Positions 33,510 to 45,222 are shown, counted from the first letter of the stretch. The stretch: 64,000 nucleotides of DNA from Escherichia coli (GCF_011045215.1 NZ_CP049201.1), one strand, 5' to 3'. Made by a program: numbers and translations. Notes: a model not told the origin generated them from the letters alone.

Positions 33510-34361
33510 TTATGCGGTCAATAATCGTCCGGGATTATCGATACAGAGTTTTTTGAGGATCGTTTTATCGACGCCGCGCTCCGCCAGATAGGCCAGAAAA
33601 ACATCTGGAACAAATCCCCAGCCATTACCGCCATTTTTAGCCCACATTTGTTTAAGGAAGACATCGTGGCTGAGAACAAGCTGATCGGCGTATCCCAACT
33701 CAATGAGATGAGCGACGGCATCGGCAGTCTCCTGCACCCCTGGCGCTATTCCCTCTTTCGGGAAGGTAATGTCTAGGCCAATCATGTCGAATTCCAGCCA
33801 GACACCCTTATCAAGCATTTTCCGCTGATACGCCACGTCTTTTCCTGACGGATCCGAGTGTGCGAGAGAGACTTTATTTGGCGAGACGCCCATTTCACCT
33901 AACACAATGTCGAGTACTTCATCACCGCGACGAAGCCAGCCCGGCATGTGAATATTCATCGCCACATGAGGATTGTTAATCTGTGCCAGCGAGGCAGCCC
34001 GCAAGCTGTTATGCTCGGCTTCGGTAAATGTCGGTGAGACACCTATTTCACCGATCATTCCGGCACGAATATCCGTATCGCCAATCCCTTGATTCAATTC
34101 TTTATCAATCGTTGCCGCCAGTTCATCAACCGTTTTATGAATTCTCTGGCTTTCAAATTTTTCCAGGTAGGGACCGGAGGAAGCAACAATATTCAGACCT
34201 GTTTTTAATGCGACTTCTCGTAATGCCTGCGCATCTCGTCCGATAGACTCAGACCCTGTGGCATCAACAATGGTGCGACCACCGAGCGAGATAAAGTTAT
34301 TAATTTCGAAGATCACATCTTCAATAGGTTTGCGGTCCATATTATCAGCGCAGCAATAAGG
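33510..34361 (-). pseudogene. phosphotriesterase-family (Php-like TIM-barrel hydrolase) gene, 5' end removed at the IS3 boundary
   Basis: ORF 33510..34340 (276 aa) resembles Php/YhfV from about residue 35; the N-terminal HxH metal-binding strand is missing; IS3 left end at 34362. Confidence 0.65.
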
Positions 34362-34426
34362 TGATCTTACCCAGCAATAGTGGACACGCGGCTAAGTGAG
34401 TAAACTCTCAGTCAGAGGTGACTCAC

Positions 34427-34726
34427 ATGACAAAAACAGTATCAACCAGTAAAAAACCCCGTAAACAGCATTCGCCTGAATTTCGCAGTGAAGCCCTGAA
34501 GCTTGCTGAACGCATCGGTGTTACTGCCGCAGCCCGTGAACTCAGCCTGTATGAATCACAGCTCTACAACTGGCGCAGTAAACAGCAAAATCAGCAGACG
34601 TCTTCTGAACGTGAACTGGAGATGTCTACCGAGATTGCACGTCTCAAACGCCAGCTGGCAGAACGGGATGAAGAGCTGGCTATCCTCCAAAAGGCCGCGA
34701 CATACTTCGCGAAGCGCCTGAAATGA
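34427..34726 (+). CDS. insE: IS3 OrfA transposase subunit InsE (99 aa)
   Basis: ATG at 34427 gives [52 protein letters not shown]... Confidence 0.9.
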   Translation: MTKTVSTSKKPRKQHSPEFRSEALKLAERIGVTAAARELSLYESQLYNWRSKQQNQQTSSERELEMSTEIARLKRQLAERDEELAILQKAATYFAKRLK

Positions 34727-35545
34727 AGTATGTCTTTATTGAAAAACATCAGGCTGAGTTCAGCATCAAAGCAATGTGCCGCGTGCTCCGGGTGGCCCGC
34801 AGCGGCTGGTATACGTGGTGTCAGCGGCGGACAAGGATAAGCACGCGTCAGCAGTTCCGCCAACACTGCGACAGCGTTGTCCTCGCGGCTTTTACCCGGT
34901 CAAAACAGCGTTACGGTGCCCCACGCCTGACGGATGAACTGCGTGCTCAGGGTTACCCCTTTAACGTAAAAACCGTGGCGGCAAGCCTGCGCCGTCAGGG
35001 ACTGAGGGCAAAGGCCTCCCGGAAGTTCAGCCCGGTCAGCTACCGCGCACACGGCCTGCCTGTGTCAGAAAATCTGTTGGAGCAGGATTTTTACGCCAGT
35101 GGCCCGAACCAGAAGTGGGCAGGAGACATCACGTACTTACGTACAGATGAAGGCTGGCTGTATCTGGCAGTGGTCATTGACCTGTGGTCACGTGCCGTTA
35201 TTGGCTGGTCAATGTCGCCACGCATGACGGCGCAACTGGCCTGCGATGCCCTGCAGATGGCGCTGTGGCGGCGTAAGAGGCCCCGGAACGTTATCGTTCA
35301 CACGGACCGTGGAGGCCAGTACTGTTCAGCAGATTATCAGGCGCAACTGAAGCGGCATAATCTGCGTGGAAAGCTTCTTTCATTCGCTGAAAGTGGAATG
35401 TATCCATGGAGAACACTTTATCAGCCGGGAAATAATGCGGGCAACGGTGTTTAATTATATCGAATGTGATTACAATCGGTGGCGGCGGCACAGTTGGTGT
35501 GGCGGCCTCAGTCCGGAACAATTTGAAAACAAGAACCTCGCTTAG
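34723..35545 (+). pseudogene. insF: IS3 OrfB transposase InsF, inactivated by an internal deletion
   Basis: ORF 34723..35454 leaves frame after ...QLKRHNLRG; conserved C-terminus [57 protein letters not shown] continues in another frame to 35545. Confidence 0.8.
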
Positions 35546-37033
35546 GCCTGTGTCCATATTACGTGGGTAGGATCACCGCACTCTTGACATAAGAGTGCGG
35601 TCCGTGGAAAACGGAGTTGAAAAAATGGTGTCTGAAAGAAGGTACCATCATTGCGATGACAAACACTTTGGCGTGGATAATGTAATTAATTGCTGAAATT
35701 GACCGTATATGCGGTAAGACTCATATCAGTATCAGGTCCGGTTAATTGCTGATACTGACATAAACTTTTTACAAAAGGATGAATGCAGAAGGTTACTCTA
35801 ATGGCCAGAGTGATGACAATGATGGTCAGACGTTGACCTGCAGAAACTGCATTTTAATTGGTCTATAAAGTCTGCAAGAGGAATCAGGGTCAGATCAGTG
35901 AGTCTTATCGCGGCCCGAAGCTATGACTGAAAGAAGGCTGGATACAGAATTGCAACAATTTGGCAATGTCAGAACACAGAAGCTTTGCAAGCAGGTGAAA
36001 GGTTATGTCTAGCAAAAGGAGTATATCAGAATACATCTACTGATGTACAAAACACAACAATAGCTTCATGATATATAAATACGTGATGACGAGTGGTACT
36101 CCGCATGGTTATTTAACTTCTCAGCACCACTAATGATCCTGAGCAACTTCGTATTTGGGCCATTGCCATGGAGTAGAAAGCTGTGTCTGAGAATGCAGAA
36201 TTTGAGAAAAGAATTCGCTTTCTTGGAGAGCTTCTGAAAATGGCACGCTAACAACGTTTTGTTAAAAAATGTGAATCACTTGCCGAGGCTGCATTTTCTA
36301 TTCGAGGAGAATGTTGACGTAGATATTACAGAAATCTCAGCGCATCAGGATAAACTGCTACCTTAGGTCAACCACCAAAAGAAAATACAATACGTCCAGT
36401 TTGTATGCCTTTAATAACACATCTTTTAAATGTTGAAGAATTATCCCGCCTGCTGAAGAACGTTGCTCTGAGTGTGATAAACCTTTTTATTCTTGATGAT
36501 GTCAGCGAGAAGATGGAATATATCCCCGACTGGGTCGTGGTTACCCGGTTAAACATCTGGTGGCGCTAATAAATCTGGCAAGTCACATTCTGTTGAATGC
36601 TGTGACAGTGCCTTACCGAGAGAGCGAAATTGTGGTGTTCTAGTGCATAGTCGCCACCATTCCGGATAATTCTATTGCGTTGTTTTACAAGTTCTTTTAC
36701 AGCGCAGATCTGTCGCTGACGTTGAATCAATAGCCTGGATTTCAGAACACAATGCCCGTTTGCTGGTTGGTCCGGCAGTAGCATTAATTCATTATCTGAA
36801 TGAAATGTGTCAATCCACAGAAACCGCTGTCAATGACGCATTTTGTCGGACGTTAACACGAGGAAGTCTGGCTATTCCACAATGCCATCTTCTTTCGTAA
36901 TGGATTGAGAATGCTGGATTTTTAATTATATTACGCGCAGTATTGATCGTGTAAATGTTTTGCGGTCAGCAATGGTGGGGGATCCATTGTTCTGTTCAAT
37001 GAATACCATCATACAATTGAATCAGGAGTCGGT

Positions 37034-37579
37034 ATGATGATTTTGGTGACGGGGGGCGCACGGAGCGGGAAGAGTCGCCACGCAGAGGCGCTTATTGGGG
37101 ACTCTTCACAGGTTCTGTATATCGCCACCTCGCAAATCCTTGATGACGAGATGGCTGCACGGATAGAACATCATCGGCAAGGCCGTCCGGCGCACTGGCG
37201 CACGGTGGAGCGTTGGCAACATCTTGATGAATTAATTCATGCAGACATTAACCCGCATGAAGCTGTGTTGCTGGAATGCGTTACCACAATGGTGACTAAT
37301 CTGTTGTTTGATTATGGCGGCGATAAAGACCCTGATGAATGGGATTATCAGGCGATGGAACAGGCGATTAATGCTGAGATTCAGTCGTTGATTGCTGCCT
37401 GCCAACGCTGCCCCGCAAAGGTTGTATTAGTGACTAACGAAGTGGGAATGGGGATTGTGCCGGAGAGTCGTCTGGCACGACATTTTCGTGATATTGCCGG
37501 GCGGGTAAATCAGCAGCTGGCCGCTGCGGCAAATGAAGTATGGCTGGTGGTTTCGGGTATTGGAGTAAAAATCAAATGA
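37034..37579 (+). CDS. cobU: adenosylcobinamide kinase / adenosylcobinamide-phosphate guanylyltransferase CobU (181 aa)
   Basis: ORF 37034..37579; P-loop [10 protein letters not shown]. Confidence 0.93.
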   Translation: MMILVTGGARSGKSRHAEALIGDSSQVLYIATSQILDDEMAARIEHHRQGRPAHWRTVERWQHLDELIHADINPHEAVLLECVTTMVTNLLFDYGGDKDPDEWDYQAMEQAINAEIQSLIAACQRCPAKVVLVTNEVGMGIVPESRLARHFRDIAGRVNQQLAAAANEVWLVVSGIGVKIK

Positions 37580-38319
37580 GTAAATTATTTTGGGCGATGC
37601 TCTCATTTATTACGCGTCTGCCTGTACCGCGTCGCTGGTCCCAGGGACTGGATTTCGAGCATTATTCTCGCGGTATTATTACTTTTCCTTTAATTGGATT
37701 ATTGCTTGGCGCGATTAGCGGGCTGGTCTTCATGGTGCTGCAGGCATGGTGTGGCGTACCACTGGCGGCACTGTTTAGCGTACTTGTGCTGGCGCTGATG
37801 ACCGGGGGATTCCATCTGGACGGCCTCGCTGATACCTGTGATGGCGTATTTTCTGCACGTAGCCGCGATCGCATGTTGGAAATCATGCGTGATAGCTGTT
37901 TAGGCACCCACGGCGGTCTGGCATTGATTTTTGTGATACTGGCAAAGATTCTGGTGTTAAGCGAGTTGGCTCTGCGTGGCGAACCGATCCTTGCATCGCT
38001 GGCGGCAGCATGTGCGGTCAGCCGCGGGACTGCCGCATTATTGATGTATCGTCATCGTTATGCGCGGGAAGAAGGACTTGGCAATGTGTTCATTGGCAAA
38101 ATTGATGGGCGACAAACCTGCGTCACACTCGGCTTAGCCGCTATTTTTGCTGCCGTATTATTGCCGGGTATGCATGGTGTGGCTGCTATGGTGGTGACGA
38201 TGGTGGCGATTTTCATCCTCGGTCAGCTTCTCAAACGTACGCTGGGCGGGCAAACGGGCGATACGCTGGGAGCAGCCATAGAGCTTGGTGAACTGGTCTT
38301 CCTGCTGGCACTGCTATAA
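37576..38319 (+). CDS. cobS: adenosylcobinamide-GDP ribazoletransferase (cobalamin synthase) CobS (247 aa)
   Basis: ORF 37540..38319; ATG at 37576 ([18 protein letters not shown]...) overlaps the cobU stop; polytopic membrane protein. Confidence 0.92.
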   Translation: MSKLFWAMLSFITRLPVPRRWSQGLDFEHYSRGIITFPLIGLLLGAISGLVFMVLQAWCGVPLAALFSVLVLALMTGGFHLDGLADTCDGVFSARSRDRMLEIMRDSCLGTHGGLALIFVILAKILVLSELALRGEPILASLAAACAVSRGTAALLMYRHRYAREEGLGNVFIGKIDGRQTCVTLGLAAIFAAVLLPGMHGVAAMVVTMVAIFILGQLLKRTLGGQTGDTLGAAIELGELVFLLALL

Positions 38320-38330
38320 AGAGACGTGAC

Positions 38331-39410
38331 ATGCAAATACTTGCCGATTTACTGAATACGATCCCAGCCATCGATTCTGCCGCTATGTCGCGTGCACAAC
38401 GGCATATTGACGGGTTACTCAAACCTGTTGGTAGCCTGGGAAAGCTGGAGGCGCTTGCCATACAACTGGCAGGAATGCCGGGGTTGAATGGCATACCGCA
38501 TGTGGGCAAAAAAGCGGTACTGGTTATGTGTGCCGATCACGGCGTCTGGGAGGAAGGGGTCGCTATTTCTCCAAAAGAAGTGACAGCCATACAGGCTGAA
38601 AATATGACCCGTGGAACAACCGGCGTGTGTGTGCTGGCAGCACAAGCGGGCGCTAACGTCCACGTAATTGATGTTGGTATTGATACTGCTGAGCCTATCC
38701 CCGGGATTATCAACATGCGTGTCGCACGAGGTAGCGGCAATATTGCTTCAGCTCCGGCAATGAGTCGCCGTCAGGCTGAAAAGTTGCTTTTGGACGTCAT
38801 ATGTTATACGCGGGAGCTGGCAAAAAACGGTGTCACGCTGTTTGGTGTAGGTGAACTGGGGATGGCAAACACGACACCGGCAGCGGCAATAGTCAGCACA
38901 ATCACTGGCCGGGATCCTGAAGAAGTGGTTGGGATTGGCGCAAACCTGCCGACAGATAAACTGGCTAATAAAATTGATGTTGTGCGTCGGGCGATTACGT
39001 TGAATCAACCAAATCCTCAGGATGGTATTGATGTCCTGGCAAAAGTGGGTGGATTTGATTTGGTCGGAATAGCTGGAGTGATGTTAGGTGCTGCTTCCTG
39101 CGGTTTACCCGTGTTGCTGGATGGATTTCTTTCTTATGCTGCTGCGCTCGCAGCCTGCCAGATGTCTCCTGCAATCAAACCGTATCTCATTCCTTCTCAC
39201 TTGTCGGTAGAAAAAGGCGCGCGTATAGCGCTCTCGCATTTGGGGCTGGAGCCTTATCTCAATATGGATATGCGTTTAGGTGAGGGGAGTGGTGCAGCTC
39301 TGGCGATGCCCATCATCGAAGCTGCTTGTGCGATATACAACAACATGGGCGAACTTGCTGCCAGTAATATTGTTCTACCGGGGAATACGACTTCTGATTT
39401 GAACAGCTAA
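38331..39410 (+). CDS. cobT: nicotinate-nucleotide--dimethylbenzimidazole phosphoribosyltransferase CobT (359 aa)
   Basis: ORF 38331..39410, [40 protein letters not shown]... Confidence 0.93.
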   Translation: MQILADLLNTIPAIDSAAMSRAQRHIDGLLKPVGSLGKLEALAIQLAGMPGLNGIPHVGKKAVLVMCADHGVWEEGVAISPKEVTAIQAENMTRGTTGVCVLAAQAGANVHVIDVGIDTAEPIPGIINMRVARGSGNIASAPAMSRRQAEKLLLDVICYTRELAKNGVTLFGVGELGMANTTPAAAIVSTITGRDPEEVVGIGANLPTDKLANKIDVVRRAITLNQPNPQDGIDVLAKVGGFDLVGIAGVMLGAASCGLPVLLDGFLSYAAALAACQMSPAIKPYLIPSHLSVEKGARIALSHLGLEPYLNMDMRLGEGSGAALAMPIIEAACAIYNNMGELAASNIVLPGNTTSDLNS

Positions 39411-39474
39411 AAACGAAAAGTCTGATAAAAGCTATACTTATCGGATAGTATTCGCGACTTAGGAAAGGGACATG

Positions 39475-40407
39475 ATGCGTCGTGTAAATATTCTTTGCTC
39501 ATTTGCTCTGCTTTTTGCCAGCCAAAATAGCCTGGCGGTAACTTATCCATTACCTCCAGAGGGTAGCCGTTTAGTGGGGCAGTCGCTTACTGTAACTGTT
39601 CCTGATCACAATACTCAGCCGCTGGAGACTTTTGCCGCACAATACGGGCAAGGGTTAAGTAATATGCTGGAAGCGAATCCGGGCGCTGATGTTTTTTTGC
39701 CGAAGCCTGGCTCACAACTCACCATTCCGCAGCAACTGATTTTGCCCGCCACTGTTCGTAAAGGGATTGTGGTTAACGTCGCTGAAATGCGTCTTTATTA
39801 CTATCCGCCAGACAGTAATACAGTGGAAGTCTTTCCTATTGGTATCGGCCAGGCTGGGCGAGAAACCCCGCGTAACTGGGTGACTACCGTTGAACGTAAA
39901 CAAGAAGCACCAACTTGGACGCCAACGCCGAACACTCGGCGCGAATATGCGAAACGAGGGGAGAGTTTGCCCGCATTTGTTCCTGCGGGGCCCGATAACC
40001 CCATGGGGCTGTACGCGATTTATATTGGCAGGTTGTATGCCATCCACGGTACCAATGCCAATTTTGGTATTGGACTCCGGGTAAGTCAGGGCTGTATTCG
40101 TCTGCGCAATGACGATATCAAATATCTGTTTGATAATGTTCCTGTAGGCACTCGTGTACAAATTATTGATCAGCCAGTGAAATACACAACGGAACCGGAT
40201 GGTTCAAAGTGGCTGGAAGTTCATGAGCCGCTGTCGCGCAATCGTGCAGAATATGAGTCTGACCGAAAAGTGCCATTGCCGGTAACCCCATCTTTGCGGG
40301 CGTTTATCAACGGGCAAGAAGTTGATGTAAATCGCGCAAATGCTGCGTTGCAACATCGATCGGGAATGCCTGTGCAAATTAGTTCTGGTTCAAGACAGAT
40401 GTTTTAA
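39475..40407 (+). CDS. ldtA: L,D-transpeptidase LdtA (ErfK, 310 aa)
   Basis: ORF 39472..40407; signal peptide and YkuD catalytic motif ([20 protein letters not shown]). Confidence 0.9.
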   Translation: MRRVNILCSFALLFASQNSLAVTYPLPPEGSRLVGQSLTVTVPDHNTQPLETFAAQYGQGLSNMLEANPGADVFLPKPGSQLTIPQQLILPATVRKGIVVNVAEMRLYYYPPDSNTVEVFPIGIGQAGRETPRNWVTTVERKQEAPTWTPTPNTRREYAKRGESLPAFVPAGPDNPMGLYAIYIGRLYAIHGTNANFGIGLRVSQGCIRLRNDDIKYLFDNVPVGTRVQIIDQPVKYTTEPDGSKWLEVHEPLSRNRAEYESDRKVPLPVTPSLRAFINGQEVDVNRANAALQHRSGMPVQISSGSRQMF

Positions 40408-40427
40408 GAGCGTTGGTAATTGAAAGT

Positions 40428-40456
40428 AAAAAGCCTGCTCGAAAGCAGGCTTTTTT
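40428..40456. terminator. bidirectional terminator between ldtA and tRNA-Asn
   Basis: AAGCCTGCT-cgaa-AGCAGGCTT followed by TTTTTT. Confidence 0.75.
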
Positions 40457-40461
40457 GAATT

Positions 40462-40537
40462 TGGCTCCTCTGACTGGACTCGAACCAGTGACATACGGAT
40501 TAACAGTCCGCCGTTCTACCGACTGAACTACAGAGGA
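40462..40537 (-). tRNA. asnV: tRNA-Asn(GUU)
   Basis: Reverse complement is the 76-nt tRNA-Asn sequence TCCTCTGTAGTTCAGTCGGTAGAACGGCGGACTGTTAATCCGTATGTCACTGGTTCGAGTCCAGTCAGAGGAGCCA. Confidence 0.95.
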
Positions 40538-40657
40538 ATCGTGTGAACGGGGCGCATATTAATGGCAGTGCATGGTGATGTCAAAGGGTGAAATGCATTT
40601 TTTGTTTGTTTGCTGCCAATTTCAACAAAGTGGTGAGCTTTCAATCTTATTGGGTAA

Positions 40658-40674
40658 TGAACCATCGTGGTGCA
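40658..40674 (+). promoter_or_regulatory. putative NtrC enhancer site upstream of nac
   Basis: TGAACCATCGTGGTGCA resembles the NtrC consensus TGCACC-N5-GGTGCA; about 135 bp upstream of the sigma54 promoter. Confidence 0.45.
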
Positions 40675-40791
40675 TACCCTCCTTTTATAGGGCAGGTGAA
40701 TGCGACTGCTGATAAAAAGGGCCAATGACGAATCTATCATAATCTCTTATTTGACAGTTGGTTAGCTTGCGCATCAACGCCAAAATAGAAC

Positions 40792-40807
40792 TGGCAGGCA
40801 TCTTGCA
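40792..40807 (+). promoter_or_regulatory. sigma54 (-24/-12) promoter of nac
   Basis: TGGCAG-gcatc-TTGCA matches TGGCAC-N5-TTGCA; about 55 bp upstream of the nac ATG. Confidence 0.7.
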
Positions 40808-40862
40808 TTCTGGTTGTAAGTAATGGCGGCACTTGGGCCGATTCTTAAAAACCGGAGGCAAC

Positions 40863-41780
40863 ATGAACTTCAGACGCCTGAAATACTTCGTAAAAATTGT
40901 AGATATTGGTAGCCTGACTCAGGCTGCTGAAGTATTGCATATCGCACAACCAGCGCTCAGCCAGCAGGTTGCCACACTGGAAGGTGAGTTAAATCAACAG
41001 CTTTTGATTCGCACAAAACGGGGCGTTACGCCAACAGACGCCGGAAAAATTCTCTATACCCATGCACGGGCCATTTTACGTCAGTGTGAGCAGGCCCAAC
41101 TGGCGGTGCATAACGTTGGTCAGTCATTATCGGGGCAAGTCTCGATTGGCTTTGCGCCAGGAACCGCTGTGTCATCCATCACCATGCCCTTATTACAGGC
41201 GGTTCGCGCTGAATTCCCGGAGGTCGTTATCTATCTTCATGAAAATAGTGGTGCAGTGCTTAACGAAAAACTGATAAATCACCAACTCGATATGGCGGTG
41301 ATTTATGAGCATTCCCCTGTGGCTGGTGTATCCAGTCAGGCTTTACTGAAAGAAGATCTTTTCCTGGTAGGGACTCAAGATTGTCCGGGGCAAAGCGTTG
41401 ATGTTAATGCTATTGCGCAAATGAACCTCTTTCTTCCCAGTGATTACAGTGCTGTTAGACTTCGTGTTGATGAGGCTTTTTCCCTACGACGACTCACGGC
41501 AAAAGTTATTGGTGAAATTGAGTCTATTGCCACGCTTACCGCAGCGATTGCCAGCGGCATGGGCGTTGCAGTATTACCCGAATCGGCCGCGCGTTCGTTA
41601 TGTGGCGCAGTAAATGGGTGGATGTCACGCATTACCACTCCTTCCATGAGTCTCTCTTTGTCATTAAATTTACCCGCCAGAGCGAACTTATCGCCACAGG
41701 CACAGGCAGTGAAAGAGTTGTTAATGTCAGTGATTAGTTCTCCAGTGATGGAAAAAAGGCAGTGGCAATTGGTGAGCTAA
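40863..41780 (+). CDS. nac: nitrogen assimilation control protein Nac (LysR family, 305 aa)
   Basis: ORF 40833..41780; ATG at 40863 after GGAGG; MNFRRLKYFVKIVDIGSLTQAAEVLHIAQPALSQQ... Confidence 0.93.
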   Translation: MNFRRLKYFVKIVDIGSLTQAAEVLHIAQPALSQQVATLEGELNQQLLIRTKRGVTPTDAGKILYTHARAILRQCEQAQLAVHNVGQSLSGQVSIGFAPGTAVSSITMPLLQAVRAEFPEVVIYLHENSGAVLNEKLINHQLDMAVIYEHSPVAGVSSQALLKEDLFLVGTQDCPGQSVDVNAIAQMNLFLPSDYSAVRLRVDEAFSLRRLTAKVIGEIESIATLTAAIASGMGVAVLPESAARSLCGAVNGWMSRITTPSMSLSLSLNLPARANLSPQAQAVKELLMSVISSPVMEKRQWQLVS

Positions 41781-41881
41781 GCGTTATATCGGGATGGAAT
41801 AAGATGCGGGTTTTTATTATTTGTTATGCCGGGCATTAGACTTTAACAATAACGGGAAATCTGAACTGCCCGGAGTTTACC

Positions 41882-42832
41882 GTGAATTTCCAACAACTAA
41901 AGATAATCCGCGAGGCTGCACGTCAGGATTACAACCTGACAGAGGTTGCGAATATGCTTTTTACCTCACAGTCAGGCGTCAGCCGTCATATTCGGGAACT
42001 GGAGGATGAACTTGGCATCGAAATATTTGTTCGACGAGGTAAGCGACTGCTGGGCATGACTGAACCGGGCAAAGCATTACTGGTCATTGCAGAACGTATT
42101 CTGAATGAAGCCAGTAATGTTCGTCGGCTTGCAGACCTGTTTACCAACGATACGTCTGGCGTTCTCACTATTGCAACGACGCATACTCAGGCACGTTATA
42201 GCTTGCCAGAGGTCATTAAAGCTTTTCGCGAACTTTTCCCGGAGGTTCGGCTCGAGCTAATCCAGGGGACGCCACAGGAAATTGCGACATTGTTGCAAAA
42301 TGGCGAAGCTGATATTGGTATCGCCAGCGAGCGTTTGAGTAATGACCCGCAGCTCGTCGCCTTCCCGTGGTTTCGTTGGCACCATAGTTTGCTTGTTCCA
42401 CACGATCATCCGTTGACGCAAATTTCACCATTGACGCTGGAATCAATAGCGAAGTGGCCGTTAATCACTTACCGACAGGGGATTACGGGGCGCTCACGTA
42501 TTGATGACGCATTTGCCCGCAAAGGTTTGCTGGCAGATATTGTATTAAGTGCGCAGGATTCTGATGTCATTAAAACCTATGTTGCTCTTGGGCTTGGGAT
42601 CGGATTAGTTGCCGAGCAATCCAGTGGCGAACAAGAGGAAGAGAATTTAATCCGCCTGGATACGCGGCATCTTTTTGATGCTAATACTGTCTGGTTGGGA
42701 CTGAAGCGAGGACAACTTCAGCGTAACTATGTCTGGCGCTTTCTGGAACTTTGTAATGCAGGACTGTCAGTTGAGGATATCAAGCGGCAGGTGATGGAAA
42801 GCAGTGAAGAGGAAATTGATTATCAGATATAG
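41882..42832 (+). CDS. cbl: LysR-family regulator Cbl (316 aa)
   Basis: ORF 41882..42832, MNFQQLKIIREAARQDYNLTEVANMLFTSQSGVSRHIRELE... Confidence 0.93.
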   Translation: MNFQQLKIIREAARQDYNLTEVANMLFTSQSGVSRHIRELEDELGIEIFVRRGKRLLGMTEPGKALLVIAERILNEASNVRRLADLFTNDTSGVLTIATTHTQARYSLPEVIKAFRELFPEVRLELIQGTPQEIATLLQNGEADIGIASERLSNDPQLVAFPWFRWHHSLLVPHDHPLTQISPLTLESIAKWPLITYRQGITGRSRIDDAFARKGLLADIVLSAQDSDVIKTYVALGLGIGLVAEQSSGEQEEENLIRLDTRHLFDANTVWLGLKRGQLQRNYVWRFLELCNAGLSVEDIKRQVMESSEEEIDYQI

Positions 42833-42834
42833 CA

Positions 42835-42862
42835 AAAAGCCCGCTATAAAAGCGGGCTTTTC
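42835..42862. terminator. terminator hairpin between cbl and tRNA-Asn
   Basis: AAGCCCGCT-ataa-AAGCGGGCTT with flanking T-run on the minus strand. Confidence 0.7.
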
Positions 42863-42869
42863 AGGAATT

Positions 42870-42945
42870 TGGCTCCTCTGACTGGACTCGAACCAGTGAC
42901 ATACGGATTAACAGTCCGCCGTTCTACCGACTGAACTACAGAGGA
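42870..42945 (-). tRNA. asnU: tRNA-Asn(GUU)
   Basis: Identical 76-nt tRNA-Asn sequence on the minus strand. Confidence 0.95.
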
Positions 42946-43105
42946 ATCGCTGTTGAGGCACATCTTAACGGCGAAAAATCTTTTGTCAAACCCGATTTTT
43001 AAATTCCCCAACTGTTTGCCGTTTCTATCAACAGTTTGTTGCATTTGCAGACAATTTGTTGGCGAAAATCTTTGCAGCTTTGCTGATTCTCCCTCATTAT
43101 TTGAA

Positions 43106-44593
43106 ATGTGGTTTCACTTTCTGCAATTAAGGTCGGCTTTGAATATCTCCTCTGCTTTACGCCAGGTTGTTCACGGCACTCGCTGGCACGATAAACGCAA
43201 GAGCTACAAAGTGTTGTTCTGGCGCGAGATAACCCCGCTTGCTGTTCCTATCTTCATGGAGAATGCCTGTGTCCTGTTGATGGGGGTTCTGAGCACTTTT
43301 CTGGTCAGCTGGCTGGGAAAAGATGCGATGGCCGGCGTGGGATTGGCGGACAGCTTCAATATGGTCATTATGGCTTTTTTTGCTGCTATCGATCTTGGTA
43401 CTACTGTCGTTGTGGCATTTAGTCTCGGTAAGCGGGATCGACGACGAGCGAGGGTGGCGACGCGGCAGTCATTGGTGATCATGACGTTGTTTGCCGTACT
43501 GTTGGCAACGCTTATTCATCATTTTGGCGAACAAATTATTGATTTCGTCGCGGGTGATGCCACGACAGAAGTTAAAGCACTGGCGTTGACTTATCTGGAG
43601 CTGACGGTACTCAGTTATCCAGCAGCTGCCATCACTCTTATTGGTAGCGGGGCACTTCGTGGTGCAGGGAATACGAAAATACCGCTATTGATTAACGGTA
43701 GCCTGAATATTCTTAATATTATTATTAGCGGCATATTGATTTACGGCCTTTTCTCCTGGCCGGGACTGGGATTTGTCGGGGCAGGGCTGGGTTTAACCAT
43801 TTCTCGTTATATTGGCGCAGTTGCAATTTTGTGGGTGCTGGCGATTGGTTTTAATCCTGCGCTAAGGATTTCGTTAAAGAGCTATTTTAAACCGCTGAAT
43901 TTTAGCATTATCTGGGAAGTCATGGGGATTGGTATTCCCGCGAGTGTCGAATCAGTGTTATTTACCAGTGGTCGGTTATTAACCCAAATGTTCGTTGCCG
44001 GGATGGGGACCAGTGTTATTGCCGGAAATTTTATCGCGTTTTCAATTGCGGCTCTTATCAACTTACCCGGAAGTGCGCTCGGCTCTGCTTCTACGATCAT
44101 TACAGGCCGAAGGTTGGGGGTAGGGCAGATAGCGCAAGCAGAGATTCAGTTGCGGCATGTGTTCTGGCTTTCCACTCTTGGATTAACGGCCATCGCCTGG
44201 CTAACGGCTCCCTTTGCCGGGGTTATGGCATCGTTTTACACCCAGGATCCACAGGTTAAACATGTCGTTGTGATTCTGATTTGGCTAAATGCTTTATTTA
44301 TGCCTATTTGGTCCGCCTCATGGGTGCTACCCGCTGGATTTAAAGGTGCTCGCGATGCCCGTTACGCCATGTGGGTTTCTATGTTGAGCATGTGGGGTTG
44401 CCGGGTTGTCGTCGGTTATGTGCTGGGCATCATGCTTGGCTGGGGTGTGGTTGGTGTCTGGATGGGAATGTTTGCCGACTGGGCTGTGCGGGCCGTGCTG
44501 TTTTACTGGCGAATGGTTACTGGACGTTGGCTGTGGAAATACCCTCGATCCGAACCGCAAAAGTGTGAAAAAAAGCCAGCTGTGTCGGAATAA
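43106..44593 (+). CDS. yeeO: MATE-family efflux transporter YeeO (495 aa; the ORF is open from 42953)
   Basis: ORF 42953..44593; start set at ATG 43106 (MWFHFLQLRSALNISS...) by recalled length; twelve-helix hydrophobic profile. Confidence 0.85.
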   Translation: MWFHFLQLRSALNISSALRQVVHGTRWHDKRKSYKVLFWREITPLAVPIFMENACVLLMGVLSTFLVSWLGKDAMAGVGLADSFNMVIMAFFAAIDLGTTVVVAFSLGKRDRRRARVATRQSLVIMTLFAVLLATLIHHFGEQIIDFVAGDATTEVKALALTYLELTVLSYPAAAITLIGSGALRGAGNTKIPLLINGSLNILNIIISGILIYGLFSWPGLGFVGAGLGLTISRYIGAVAILWVLAIGFNPALRISLKSYFKPLNFSIIWEVMGIGIPASVESVLFTSGRLLTQMFVAGMGTSVIAGNFIAFSIAALINLPGSALGSASTIITGRRLGVGQIAQAEIQLRHVFWLSTLGLTAIAWLTAPFAGVMASFYTQDPQVKHVVVILIWLNALFMPIWSASWVLPAGFKGARDARYAMWVSMLSMWGCRVVVGYVLGIMLGWGVVGVWMGMFADWAVRAVLFYWRMVTGRWLWKYPRSEPQKCEKKPAVSE

Positions 44594-44693
44594 ACGACAA
44601 AATGCAGATTATTTCAGCAAACGATTTCAAATTTAAAAAACAGGCTTTGACATTATGGGTGGGCATCGCTAATATTCGCCTCGTTCTCACGAT

Positions 44694-44769
44694 TCCTCTG
44701 TAGTTCAGTCGGTAGAACGGCGGACTGTTAATCCGTATGTCACTGGTTCGAGTCCAGTCAGAGGAGCCA
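44694..44769 (+). tRNA. asnW: tRNA-Asn(GUU)
   Basis: Plus-strand copy TCCTCTGTAGTTCAGTCGG...GAGGAGCCA. Confidence 0.95.
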
Positions 44770-45222
44770 AATTTTAGTTTTGAGACATCTCTATGAGTCT
44801 CAAAACAGTTAAAAAATAAAAATTATTTTTACCCGGTTACCTTGTAAAAAAGTGACCGGGTTTTTTGATTTCTGTGTTTCGTGCGCTTAATCGAGTCTCA
44901 CGCTTCAGTGAGCAAATTGCCCCTCCCCAATAGACATCACGATTCGCAAGGTCAAAAACTCTGTTCCATGAAGTACCGTACAAAGATAAAGAGAAAAATG
45001 CCTTATGCGGGATGTCGCTATCGCGTCTTTATCGGGAAACTATGCGTAATTGCCACTTTGCCTTCTGTAATCAGAAAAAGAAGAACTGGAATTTTAATAA
45101 ATATTATTTCTCTGGGAACGAGGGGGGTATAATCAATATGACGAGTTGAATATTATATTTTTTATAAGAATTATATGAGATTAAAGAAATCTGCCGTAAA
45201 GACAGATTTCTTTAAAAGATAA

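Larger units (their letters stand above)
34362..35575 (+). mobile_element. IS3 element carrying an internal ~44-bp deletion in orfB (1214 bp against the canonical ~1258 bp)
   Basis: Left end TGATCTTACCCAGCAATAGTGGACACGCGGC, right end ...TTACGTGGGTAGGATCA; insE intact, insF reading frame broken. Confidence 0.85.

Noticed and set aside
36066-36784. Three short minus-strand ORFs in the AT-rich segment before cobU
   Set aside because: No recognisable domains or start signals; probably decayed island-end sequence, not annotated
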